DNA of 64,000 nt. Origin: a virus. This document shows, piece after piece, positions 18,681-28,241 of the stretch (its first letter is position 1; every line of letters starts with the position of its first letter). The notes beneath the pieces were generated by a model that had not been told where the DNA came from, did not search any database, and saw only the letters and a program-made list of their open reading frames with translations. The position numbers and the translations under genes are program-made. The stretch spans positions 64,001 through 128,000 of the IMG/VR virus record IMGVR_UViG_3300002092_001548; one strand, 5' to 3'.

Positions 18681-19742
18681 ATGGACAATAATGTTAAAAA
18701 AGTCATTGTTACCGGAATTACTGGTCAAGATGGTAGTTATATGGTTGACTACTTATTAGAGAATACTGACTACCAAATTTACGGAATGGTTCGACGTTCT
18801 TCTACTATTAATACAATCAATATTAATCAATTTTTAAATAACCCAAGATTTACGTTAGTTACTGGCGATCTTTCGGACAGTCAATCAATTGATAACTTAG
18901 TTAGGGAAATACTTCCAGATTATTTTATTAATTTGGCGGCACAAAGTTTTGTTGGAAGCAGTTGGCAGATTCCAGAGCAAACATTTGATGTTGGCGCATT
19001 AGGTGTTTTAAGGTGTTTAGAAGCCATTCGGAAACACGTACCAAAATGTCATTTTTACAATGCAGGATCTAGTGAAGAGTTAGGAGATGTAGACTATTTT
19101 CCCCAAGACGAAAAACACCCACTAAAACCAAGGAGTCCTTATGGCGCAGCAAAGGCAGCGGCCCGGCACCTTGTAAAAGTTTATCGTGAGAGTTATAACC
19201 TATATGCAATCCAAGGATTACTATATAATCATGAATCAGAACGCAGGGGCGAAGAATTTGTTACTCGAAAAATTACGAAGGCAGTTGCAAGAATTAAAAA
19301 AGCAATAGATAATAACCAACCGTTTCAACCTTTAGAGTTAGGTAATCTTGATGCAAAAAGAGACTGGAGTCACGCTCAAGATTTTGTAGACGGCATTTGG
19401 AAAATGCTAAATCAAGAAAAACCACTGGAACACCTTCTTTCGTCTAATGAAACTCACTCAGTAAAGGAATTTGTTGAACTAGCCTTTAAAGAAGCAGGAC
19501 TGTTTGGAAATTGGGATTTTATAAACGGTAGAGAGAGTATAAATGAACAATATCTATATATTAACCATGATAGCCTAGCTTGCCTTGTTAGAATTAATCC
19601 AGAATTTTATAGACCAGCCGAAGTTGATTTTTTATGGGGTAACGCAGAAAAAGCAAGAAATGAATTAAATTGGCAACCTAAAATTAATTTTAATGAACTA
19701 GTATCACGAATGGTTCGTAATGATATTGCGCTTGAAAAATAA
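18681..19742 (+). CDS. gmd: GDP-mannose 4,6-dehydratase
   Basis: VTGITGQDGSY, NLAAQSFV, PRSPYGAAK, NHESERRGEEFVTRKIT, LGNLDAKRDW, FYRPAEV. Confidence 0.95.
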   Translation: MDNNVKKVIVTGITGQDGSYMVDYLLENTDYQIYGMVRRSSTINTININQFLNNPRFTLVTGDLSDSQSIDNLVREILPDYFINLAAQSFVGSSWQIPEQTFDVGALGVLRCLEAIRKHVPKCHFYNAGSSEELGDVDYFPQDEKHPLKPRSPYGAAKAAARHLVKVYRESYNLYAIQGLLYNHESERRGEEFVTRKITKAVARIKKAIDNNQPFQPLELGNLDAKRDWSHAQDFVDGIWKMLNQEKPLEHLLSSNETHSVKEFVELAFKEAGLFGNWDFINGRESINEQYLYINHDSLACLVRINPEFYRPAEVDFLWGNAEKARNELNWQPKINFNELVSRMVRNDIALEK

Positions 19743-19758
19743 ATAAAACCATAGTAGT

Positions 19759-19953
19759 ATGGAGTCTGAAAATGCAAAGTCAAAAATTGAAACATGTAGA
19801 TTCAGATCAGAAACAGAACACTCTAGATCTATTTCAAGATGTGCATGTCAAGGCGGCCCGTATACAGAAACGGGATTCCTTTGCTCTAAAAGACAAATCT
19901 TTAAAGTCTCAAAAGAAATCTGTAAAGCCTGCCCAGTCTACCAGCATAAATAA
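19759..19953 (+). CDS. Small Cys-rich protein, apparent paralog of 7203-7430
   Basis: CRFRS...CAC...FLC...CKAC; overlaps 19772-20293 in another frame. Confidence 0.5.
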   Translation: MESENAKSKIETCRFRSETEHSRSISRCACQGGPYTETGFLCSKRQIFKVSKEICKACPVYQHK

Positions 19954-20293
19954 GCGAGAATTTGTTTTAAAATTTGTAAAAGACTCAACAGCCATAGTTT
20001 GGCCTAAAGAGATGAAAATGGTTAATACACTATTTAAAATTGCTCCCAATGATGATTTTTGGAGATCATTAGATCTTGGATTTAAACTCAATAGTCTTTG
20101 CTGGTTCTTATCAGATGATGGCCGTAAATTACTCAATAAAGAATACAAGAGATTTAATTTTGAACCACAAAAGCCAGAAACATTCGAATTAGAAAATAAT
20201 AATATTGTAACTAGTGGCAAAATAGGCGAGACTGTAGGAGCGCCCCTAACAGTGCGAGAATTTTTAATATTATGGCAAAAGAAGACTCAGTAA
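19772..20293 (+). CDS. Hypothetical phage protein upstream of recA
   Basis: Globular-looking C-terminal part WPKEMKM...DDFW...LNSLCWFL; start uncertain. Confidence 0.55.
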   Translation: MQSQKLKHVDSDQKQNTLDLFQDVHVKAARIQKRDSFALKDKSLKSQKKSVKPAQSTSINKREFVLKFVKDSTAIVWPKEMKMVNTLFKIAPNDDFWRSLDLGFKLNSLCWFLSDDGRKLLNKEYKRFNFEPQKPETFELENNNIVTSGKIGETVGAPLTVREFLILWQKKTQ

Positions 20294-21366
20294 CAAGCAA
20301 AACAATCCTAGCATCCTTTCTCAAGGATACGAAAGGAGAACACTATAATTTTGAAGATGAAAAAATCTTTAATGTATCTACTGGATCATTATTACTTGAT
20401 TCTGAGATGGGTGGTGCCCTAGAGGTTCCAGCAATCTTGCGTTTTACCGGAGTAAGTGGCGGCGGCAAAACAAGCTCTGCGCTTCTTATTATGAAGAACT
20501 TCCTCAATACAGTTCCAAAAGGAAAGGGGTTTTTGGTTAAGGCAGAAGGACGTTTAAATTCAAATGTTAAAAATGTTTCTGGAGTAAAGTTTGTAGACAA
20601 ACCAGAAGACTGGCAAGAGGGTACATGTTTCGTTCTTCGTACAAATATCTATGAAAATGTAGCCACTATTATCATGGAGTTAATTAAAAATAATCCAGAA
20701 AATTCTAGGTATTATTTTCTTATTGACAGTATGGATGCGCTAATTGCAAAAAATGACTCACTTAAAGGTTTTGAGGATAGTCAAAAAGTAGCAGCCGGGG
20801 CCGTAATTAGTTCACATTTCTTAAAGATGATCATGCTACCACTATCAACCTTTGGTCACGTTTGCGCATTAATCTCACAAGTTCGTTCAAATGTTCAAAT
20901 TAATCCTTATGCAAAGTCAGACCCAAAGCTAACTAATAGTTCTGGTGGAAATGCGCTACAGCACTATGCGGATTGGATATTTGAGTTTCAACCGAGATAT
21001 AAGGCAGATCAAATTGTTGAGGATGGAAAAATCATTGGTCACTGGGCAAAAATTCTTTTACGCAAGACTACCAATGAAAAAGAAGGAACTGAAATTCTTT
21101 ATCCTATTCGTCATGGCAGAACTGGTGGAAATTCTATTTGGATCGAATACGAAGTTGCAGATATGTTAATTCAGTGGGGCTTTGCAAAGAAAGCTGGCGC
21201 TTGGATCAACTTTGATTCTGGGCTCCTAGCTGAAATTACAAAAGACACAAAACTAACTATGCCAGAAAAAATTCAAGGTATGGAACAGCTTAGAACGTTT
21301 CTAGAAGAAAATAAAGAAATTTGTTTATATCTTTTTAATAAATTTAAAGGGGCACTAGCAAAATGA
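20272..21366 (+). CDS. recA: RecA/UvsX-like recombinase
   Basis: VSTGSLLLD, Walker A GVSGGGKTS, Walker B LIDSMDAL, ISQVR, SGGNALQHYAD, KKAGAW. Confidence 0.9.
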   Translation: MAKEDSVTSKTILASFLKDTKGEHYNFEDEKIFNVSTGSLLLDSEMGGALEVPAILRFTGVSGGGKTSSALLIMKNFLNTVPKGKGFLVKAEGRLNSNVKNVSGVKFVDKPEDWQEGTCFVLRTNIYENVATIIMELIKNNPENSRYYFLIDSMDALIAKNDSLKGFEDSQKVAAGAVISSHFLKMIMLPLSTFGHVCALISQVRSNVQINPYAKSDPKLTNSSGGNALQHYADWIFEFQPRYKADQIVEDGKIIGHWAKILLRKTTNEKEGTEILYPIRHGRTGGNSIWIEYEVADMLIQWGFAKKAGAWINFDSGLLAEITKDTKLTMPEKIQGMEQLRTFLEENKEICLYLFNKFKGALAK

Positions 21367-21725
21367 AACGTCCACTAGAAAATATTGTAGAAAAATCTTG
21401 GGGTAGAGAGCTTTGGATAGTTAATAATCAAGAATTTTGTGGTAAAATTTTGGAATTTAATGCTGGATCTAAATTCTCAATGCATTTTCATATAGAAAAA
21501 AAAGAAACATTCTACGTATTCAAAGGCAGATTACTTTTAAATTATTTTAATTTGGAAAACGCAGACAAACATCGCGAAGAACTCAACGTCGGAGACATCG
21601 TTGATATTAATAGATTTTTCCCGCATCAAATTTCTGCTATAGAAGATAGTACTATTATTGAGTTTTCAACACAACATAAAGATTCAGATAGTTACAGGAT
21701 AGGAAAGGGAGATAGTCAAATATGA
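21363..21725 (+). CDS. Cupin-domain sugar isomerase-like protein
   Basis: VEKSWGRELW, FSMHFHIEKKETFYV, PHQI, IEFST. Confidence 0.8.
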   Translation: MKRPLENIVEKSWGRELWIVNNQEFCGKILEFNAGSKFSMHFHIEKKETFYVFKGRLLLNYFNLENADKHREELNVGDIVDINRFFPHQISAIEDSTIIEFSTQHKDSDSYRIGKGDSQI

Positions 21726-22663
21726 ATATAGCAGTAAGGCTGGAGGGAGGATTAGGTGACTGCCTGCTAGGTAACAGATTTGTTTCTGCTATTAAAGATA
21801 AGTATAAAAATGCTCAAGTTACTGCCTATATTGATAGCGAAGGAAAAACCTTCCAAAAAGAAGGCCTAGAGATTCTTTATCCATCGATGTATAAGGAAAT
21901 TAAGGTTATTGCAAATAAAAAATACAAAGAATTTTGGGTTGACTGCCAGTTTGGAATAGATAATTATTACGGCGCACTAGAAAACGTGCCCGATGATATT
22001 AGGAGTGAGATGGAATCATACGATAAATTCTACGATTTGCATATAGACTCTTTAAAGTGGACTAACTATGATTTTGATTGGTTAAAATATTATAAATTTT
22101 TTCCGACACCCGATCTAAAGTGCCCTAACGAACTAGGCGAGTATGTTGTCTTTCATTTAATTTCGTCAACATCAGTTGGGCATCGGCTAGAAAATTGGTA
22201 TATAGAATCTCTAGTAAAAGAAACCGCTAAAACACAGGCAGTATATATCATATCTACTGCAGATACTAATCACTTTTATAATAGCGTAAAAGAGCTAGAA
22301 AATGTCCATATAGTAAATGGAAGCATTGAAGATATATGCAAGCTCATCTCTAATGCAAAATTTATGCTGTCTACAGATAGTGGCTTCAGATATATAGCGT
22401 ATGGTTATGGAATTCCCACATTAACTTTTTCCAAGCATTCTGTCCAGCCTTTTACATCAATTCCCAGCCACCAAATTAGATGGCTAATGTTTCCAGAGAC
22501 ATGCTTCCCATTACATACGGACTATAAATTCATATGTGCATTAATTGATAAAATTATGATAAATAAAGCATATATTTTACTACCGTATTTAGAAAATTTT
22601 GAATTACAGGCAGTAAAAAGAGAATATGTTATCAACACGGAAAAATCTATAATAAATATATGA
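21722..22663 (+). CDS. GT9-like glycosyltransferase
   Basis: GGLGDCLL and STDSGFRYIAYGYGIPTL. Confidence 0.75.
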   Translation: MNIAVRLEGGLGDCLLGNRFVSAIKDKYKNAQVTAYIDSEGKTFQKEGLEILYPSMYKEIKVIANKKYKEFWVDCQFGIDNYYGALENVPDDIRSEMESYDKFYDLHIDSLKWTNYDFDWLKYYKFFPTPDLKCPNELGEYVVFHLISSTSVGHRLENWYIESLVKETAKTQAVYIISTADTNHFYNSVKELENVHIVNGSIEDICKLISNAKFMLSTDSGFRYIAYGYGIPTLTFSKHSVQPFTSIPSHQIRWLMFPETCFPLHTDYKFICALIDKIMINKAYILLPYLENFELQAVKREYVINTEKSIINI

Positions 22664-23307
22664 ACTTAGAAAAATATGCTTTTGAAAACTTTATTAAAAA
22701 TAATACGGTTGTATATGATATCGGCGCACATATTGGTGAATTATCATTGGAAGCGGTAAGATTAAATGCAAAAATAGTACATGCATTTGAGCCATCAAAT
22801 TTTAATACTAACGAATTAATAGAAAATACAAAACAGTACGCAAATATTTATGTCCATAAAGTTGGCTTGCATGAAAAAATTTACGAATGCGATACTAGAT
22901 TTAAAGACTGTGCGGATAATCGTTTACCAGTTCAGCTAGATACTGAACAACATATAGTCTATACGGTTTTGGAAGAGTATATAAAACAAAATCAACTAGA
23001 ATTACCAGATTTTATTAAATTAGATATAGAAGGAATGGAGAGTATTGTTTTAAAAACATTTGAGTTCCTTTTTAAGGAAAAACGCCCAGTTATCTATACT
23101 GAAATTCATGCGGCAAAAAGAGGCAATTTAATTCAAAATTATGCAGATAATCCACACTGGGTATGGCCAGAACAAGGAGGGTTTGACTTTAATATATTAA
23201 AACAGTATAATTATAAAATCTCAAATACCACTGGAGAGATTGACGGATCTATAGATTGGAATCCTGCAGAGGAGACACATTCTGGACTACTTTTAATTCC
23301 AAATTAA
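22660..23307 (+). CDS. FkbM-family SAM methyltransferase
   Basis: VYDIGAHIG, AFEP, IKLDIEGME. Confidence 0.9.
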   Translation: MNLEKYAFENFIKNNTVVYDIGAHIGELSLEAVRLNAKIVHAFEPSNFNTNELIENTKQYANIYVHKVGLHEKIYECDTRFKDCADNRLPVQLDTEQHIVYTVLEEYIKQNQLELPDFIKLDIEGMESIVLKTFEFLFKEKRPVIYTEIHAAKRGNLIQNYADNPHWVWPEQGGFDFNILKQYNYKISNTTGEIDGSIDWNPAEETHSGLLLIPN

Positions 23308-23308
23308 T

Positions 23309-23983
23309 ATGAATACAAAAATTTGCGTTTGCTCTATTGCAACTCCAGACATGGAGGAATTAACTAAGATAACTTGGCCGAATAAACAAGACTACTGCCA
23401 GAAACACGAGTATCATGGGGTACTGCATGTTCAAACGAAGGACTACCTTGGCTTCGATAAAATTATCTTTATTGAGTCACTACTATATACAAATCAATAC
23501 AACTGGATTTTATGGCTAGATAATGACACTCTTTTTACTAATTTTGAGAAAAAAATAGAAGAAATAATAGATGATAACTATGACTTCATTATTTGTGCGG
23601 ACTATGGTGGAGATGTAAATGCAGGAGTATTTTTAATTAAAAATTCAAATGGCGGAAGACAGTACTTACAGAAGATAAAGGAAAAAATGTATGAACTAGC
23701 CCCAGTTAATAAATTTTTATTTGGAGAAGAACAAACGGCTATACACGCTACATACAAAGAAGAACAATTCAAGGAAATTATAAAAGTTATTCCACAGAAG
23801 GTTATGAATGCGTATCCATATAGTGGGGTATATGGACACCCAAACGGCCTAAATGATTGGCTTGGGGTAAATGGAGACTGGCAAGAAGGAGATTTTATTA
23901 TTCATATACCAGGATTTGGCCCCGATCTTTTTCATAAAAGATTAGAACATTTTAGAAAATATAGCCAATTGGTTATAAAATAG
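23309..23983 (+). CDS. GT34-like (GMA12/MNN10) glycosyltransferase
   Basis: NKQDYCQKHEY, WILWLDND (DxD), NAGVFLIKN, EQTAI, WQEGDFIIH. Confidence 0.8.
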   Translation: MNTKICVCSIATPDMEELTKITWPNKQDYCQKHEYHGVLHVQTKDYLGFDKIIFIESLLYTNQYNWILWLDNDTLFTNFEKKIEEIIDDNYDFIICADYGGDVNAGVFLIKNSNGGRQYLQKIKEKMYELAPVNKFLFGEEQTAIHATYKEEQFKEIIKVIPQKVMNAYPYSGVYGHPNGLNDWLGVNGDWQEGDFIIHIPGFGPDLFHKRLEHFRKYSQLVIK

Positions 23984-23985
23984 TT

Positions 23986-24573
23986 ATGAATCCGGTAAAC
24001 AATCTATTAGCGTCATTAGAAGAAATATTAAAAAGTCGTGGACATATATACACAGCCTCTGTCGATCTATGTCATGGTCTATTCTTGTTGGGAGCACTCA
24101 CATCGGCAAAACCCCAAAATGTTTTAGAGCTAGGTATTGGCCCAGCATTTGCGTCCGAAATTCTTTGTGCGGGTGTTAAATATAACGGAATGGGGCAGTT
24201 AACATGCGTAGATAATCTCGCAGATTTAGGTGGAAATTTACCCCAATCTAAATTAGATTACCTAAAAGACAATGGGGTTAAGGTTGTTGCACCAATAGAT
24301 GAAAAAGATTTTGTCGAACAAGCGAGCGTTGAAGAATATGATTTTTTAGTCTCGGACGCAGATCATGGCAGGGCACATCTTTGGGCAGAAAGAGTATTCG
24401 ATATCATGAAGCCAAATTCGTTTATGTTTTTTCATGATGTTGGCGAGCACAGTAACCTTTTAAGATATAAACAGATAGCAGATGAAAGAGGCTATTATAA
24501 CCATACATTCTCCGGATCGTCTCGCTCCGACGAAAATTGTCATCGTGGGTGGCAATTTATTATAAAAAAATGA
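23986..24573 (+). CDS. Class I SAM methyltransferase (Methyltransf_24-like)
   Basis: VLELGIG, YDFLVSDADH, FFHD. Confidence 0.8.
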   Translation: MNPVNNLLASLEEILKSRGHIYTASVDLCHGLFLLGALTSAKPQNVLELGIGPAFASEILCAGVKYNGMGQLTCVDNLADLGGNLPQSKLDYLKDNGVKVVAPIDEKDFVEQASVEEYDFLVSDADHGRAHLWAERVFDIMKPNSFMFFHDVGEHSNLLRYKQIADERGYYNHTFSGSSRSDENCHRGWQFIIKK

Positions 24574-25238
24574 TCAACTTAGATACATTTTTCAAAAGAT
24601 ATTCAAACGGTGATAGATCTTTAGGGTCTAGACTATCTACAATGAAGATAGCCGTCTCTCTCCTTAATCCATACATTCAAAATAATTTTGTAGAAACTGG
24701 AACGACAAGAAAGAATGAACTCACACACCCCCGGATACAAGATCGCGCCGCTGACGGATGTTCTACAGTTTTATTTGCCCACTATGCGTCCTTAACTGGT
24801 GGTAAAATCTGGACTTGTGATATCGATCCCCAGAACATAGAAAATTGTAAAATTGCGACAAAAGAGTATGCCGAAACTGCAACCTATGTAGTTGACAATT
24901 CCCTTGATTTTTTAACTAATTTTACCCAACCAATAGATTTTCTATATTTAGATTCTGTAGATAGCCATGTACCATTTGCGGCAGACCATCAATTAAAAGA
25001 AATTCAGTTTGCAATGAAAAATTTACATAGCAGATCAGTTATTGTTCTTGATGACCTAGGAGCCAAGACAGTTCTCTCGATACCCTTCCTCCAAAAAAAT
25101 AATTGGTGTCAAATTAGTTTAAATGTTCCATATCCCTCTAATTATAATGATATTAATCAAGCAGTATTTGTACATGAAACATTCCTATATACAGATCACT
25201 CTAAACTGCCGGAAAAGGAAAGATTTACAGAAAGATAA
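24570..25238 (+). CDS. Class I SAM methyltransferase (Methyltransf_24-like)
   Basis: FVETGTTR, IDFLYLDS, HQLKE, VIVLDD. Confidence 0.75.
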   Translation: MINLDTFFKRYSNGDRSLGSRLSTMKIAVSLLNPYIQNNFVETGTTRKNELTHPRIQDRAADGCSTVLFAHYASLTGGKIWTCDIDPQNIENCKIATKEYAETATYVVDNSLDFLTNFTQPIDFLYLDSVDSHVPFAADHQLKEIQFAMKNLHSRSVIVLDDLGAKTVLSIPFLQKNNWCQISLNVPYPSNYNDINQAVFVHETFLYTDHSKLPEKERFTER

Positions 25239-25942
25239 TGAAAGTAGCAGTACAATTAGCGGCTAACCCAAGATCCTTTAATAGGAATTACGAGTCTTTC
25301 AAAAAAAATATTCTACATACACTTCATCCAGATGTATTTATTCATACTTGGAGACTAGATGGAAATGAACGGCCAGAAGTCACAACAGATGGTACATGCG
25401 AAGAATATATAGAATTATACAATCCAGTTGCGCATAAAATAGAAGATTTAAAATATAACTACCAGCCACTACAAACCATGATTCCACATTTTACATCTAG
25501 ATATAGAGTAAATGAATTAAGAAAAAAATATCAAGAAGAAAATAATATTAAATATGATGTTATTATTATGGGCAGACCAGATATAAGATTAACAAATCCA
25601 ATTCCCAATAATAATTCTGCGGTTATAGGATCTGAATTTATGCCAGAATATGCAGCGAAAGTAAAAGAAGATGAAATATGGATACATCATTTTAAAGATG
25701 GACTACCAGCAGATTATTTATTTTACTGCTCACCAAAATGGATGGATATTGGAATTGAAGGGTGCTTCAATAATCTAGATAAATTAAATATCTACAATCC
25801 CGGCTCTGAGAGGTTATGGTGGCATGTTCTGAAAGAGAAGGGTTTTAATAGAAATGGATTTAAATATTATGGAAATTCCATTCATGATACGGAGCATGTG
25901 GACAATTCTTTTAGATTTTTTGATATCGAATGCGTACGATAA
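25238..25942 (+). CDS. Putative glycosyltransferase-like protein
   Basis: MKVAVQL, DVFIHTW, YDVIIMGRPD pattern recurrent in phage and giant-virus sugar clusters. Confidence 0.55.
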   Translation: MKVAVQLAANPRSFNRNYESFKKNILHTLHPDVFIHTWRLDGNERPEVTTDGTCEEYIELYNPVAHKIEDLKYNYQPLQTMIPHFTSRYRVNELRKKYQEENNIKYDVIIMGRPDIRLTNPIPNNNSAVIGSEFMPEYAAKVKEDEIWIHHFKDGLPADYLFYCSPKWMDIGIEGCFNNLDKLNIYNPGSERLWWHVLKEKGFNRNGFKYYGNSIHDTEHVDNSFRFFDIECVR

Positions 25943-25945
25943 TTT

Positions 25946-26593
25946 ATGGAAAATATTATAACAGAATTTTATAATGAGAATATTGGTCAAGGGTTTAATG
26001 ATTATGAAAAATCGCATCTTGCGCGCTTTAATTTTCTTGTTGAAGATTTGAAACTAAATGAAATAAAGAATTCATCCATTTTAGATGTGGGTTGCGGTTA
26101 TGGCCCAATTTTCCAAAGGTTAGATAAAGAAAATAATAACGAGCTTGTTGGTATAGATGGGGCTGGACTGAGTAATGATTTTGAATATCATATTGCAGAT
26201 TTACAGTACGATTTTTTCTCCGAAAAATTTCGGGAGAAGAAATTTGATTATATTTTCTCTTTTGAGACTTTTGAGCATTTAAGCAATCCATATCATTGCC
26301 TTTTAGAGATTAAAAAATTGATGCATAAAGATTCAATATTTTATTTATCAATTCCACACCAAGATATTACGCATAATACGATATATCCATCCCTACTTTA
26401 TCCGGTTGATAACTTTAAAACATTCCTAGATCAGTGCGCAATGGAAGTCGTAGCACAGACGGTGCATGACAAGGCTTTTAAACAGAACGTGTTTACACTA
26501 AAAAGTTTAGATTGGAATAACTCAAAAATGCTTTGGTATAAGCAAGAGGATAAATTTAGAAATATACCCCCACATATTGCTATTAATTTGTAG
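25946..26593 (+). CDS. Class I SAM methyltransferase (Methyltransf_23-like)
   Basis: ILDVGCGYG, FDYIFSFETFEHL, LSIP. Confidence 0.85.
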   Translation: MENIITEFYNENIGQGFNDYEKSHLARFNFLVEDLKLNEIKNSSILDVGCGYGPIFQRLDKENNNELVGIDGAGLSNDFEYHIADLQYDFFSEKFREKKFDYIFSFETFEHLSNPYHCLLEIKKLMHKDSIFYLSIPHQDITHNTIYPSLLYPVDNFKTFLDQCAMEVVAQTVHDKAFKQNVFTLKSLDWNNSKMLWYKQEDKFRNIPPHIAINL

Positions 26594-27399
26594 TGAAAAA
26601 GATCATTGGTTTCAATCAGGGTCAATACGGAGACCTCTGCATGAATGTAGTGGCATGTCGTGCGGTAAAAAGAGACCATCCAAATTCAGATCTTTATCTT
26701 GGGATAAATAAACGATATCAGTCGTTAAAAGAAATTTTTCTCTATAATAATTTAATAGATAATATTCATATTTGGGATCAATACAATAATTGGCCATCGG
26801 ATATAGATAAAGAGTATTTACGGGAGCAAAAATTTGATATGGCATTTAACCCGATGCCGAAACATTCAAGTGAGGACTGGTATTTATATCGACATCAAAC
26901 GGAAGAAGTTTGCCTCATGCATGGCATTATACCCCCAAATGACTTAACAGTAACATTTAATAAATATTTCGAAACAAAACGATATAATAAATATGTCGCT
27001 GTTAATCTTTTTGCGGAAACCAGATCTTCAGATAAAACACCAGATTTACAACAATCTATAAATATTGTTAATTTAATTAAATCACTTGGATATATTCCAG
27101 TTCAAATAGGGTTACCGGAACAGCCGCAAATATGCGACAATCAATTTTTTGGATCATTTTTCGAAACCATTAAATTTGTTTTATCTTGTAATTTTCTCGT
27201 TACCGTAGATTCGGCAATTGCTTGGATTGCCTCTGGGTATTCATTTCCAGTAGTTGGAATCTACGCTTACTCATACTATACTGGAGCTACGACTTCAAAA
27301 AACTGGCAGCCTATCAATAAAAATGCCCTTTATATCGAAAAATATAGAATATCAGATATTACAACATATGATATAGAACAGGCTATACAACTTATATGA
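26593..27399 (+). CDS. GT9-like glycosyltransferase
   Basis: GQYGDL, VQIG, LVTVDSAIAWIASGYSFPVVGIY. Confidence 0.75.
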   Translation: MKKIIGFNQGQYGDLCMNVVACRAVKRDHPNSDLYLGINKRYQSLKEIFLYNNLIDNIHIWDQYNNWPSDIDKEYLREQKFDMAFNPMPKHSSEDWYLYRHQTEEVCLMHGIIPPNDLTVTFNKYFETKRYNKYVAVNLFAETRSSDKTPDLQQSINIVNLIKSLGYIPVQIGLPEQPQICDNQFFGSFFETIKFVLSCNFLVTVDSAIAWIASGYSFPVVGIYAYSYYTGATTSKNWQPINKNALYIEKYRISDITTYDIEQAIQLI

Positions 27400-28196
27400 T
27401 TATAGATTGCTTTCCATTTTTCAATGAATTAGATGTACTAGAGTTAAGACTAAATATTTTAGACTCAGTTGTCGATAAATTTGTTTTAGTGGAGGCCTCT
27501 AAAACACAATCCCTAATAGATAAACCATTTTATTTTGAGGACAATAAAGATCGATTTGCGAAATTTTTACATAAAATAGTTCATATTAAAGTGCAGGATT
27601 ATCCAAATGAGGGTGGATGGGCAATGGAAAATTTTCAAAGAAACTGTATATTAAGAGGGCTAAAACATCTAGACTTGAATACACATGATATAGTTGGAAT
27701 TTCAGATGTAGATGAAATTTGGAATCCCGATATAATTACCCATATACAAAAATCGATGAATGGGCTAGTTGACCGTCTTGCCATTGAGATGAAATATCTA
27801 GTTTTCTATTTAAACCTAGAGACACAAAATAAAAGCTGGATAGGAACTGTTTTTTCTACATATGAAAATATATTAAAAACTAGCCCACAAAATATTAGGG
27901 CATCTAAAGACAATTGCGCTAAATATATAAATGCGGGTTGGCATTTTGGATACCAAGGCGGCGCAAATAACATTTATCAGAAATATTTATCTTGTATCGA
28001 ACCAATCGATAAGTCGCTACTACCAACAAGAGAAATTTTCACACAGGAATTCCATCGCAGAATTAAAGATGGGGGTTCATTTATATTTTCCGACAACCTA
28101 TCAGACGAGTCAATCAAACTAAAAAAAATTGATACGGATCTATTGCCAGACTATATCACGAACCATATCGACGAGTATAGACATATGATTTATTAG
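27396..28196 (+). CDS. GT17-like glycosyltransferase
   Basis: IIDCFPFFNELDVLELRL, VDKFVLVEA, ENFQRN, ISDVDEI, AGWHF. Confidence 0.88.
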   Translation: MIIDCFPFFNELDVLELRLNILDSVVDKFVLVEASKTQSLIDKPFYFEDNKDRFAKFLHKIVHIKVQDYPNEGGWAMENFQRNCILRGLKHLDLNTHDIVGISDVDEIWNPDIITHIQKSMNGLVDRLAIEMKYLVFYLNLETQNKSWIGTVFSTYENILKTSPQNIRASKDNCAKYINAGWHFGYQGGANNIYQKYLSCIEPIDKSLLPTREIFTQEFHRRIKDGGSFIFSDNLSDESIKLKKIDTDLLPDYITNHIDEYRHMIY

Positions 28197-28241
28197 GATA
28201 AAAACCTTGACTTTATATTAATATTGTTTTATAACTTATTT

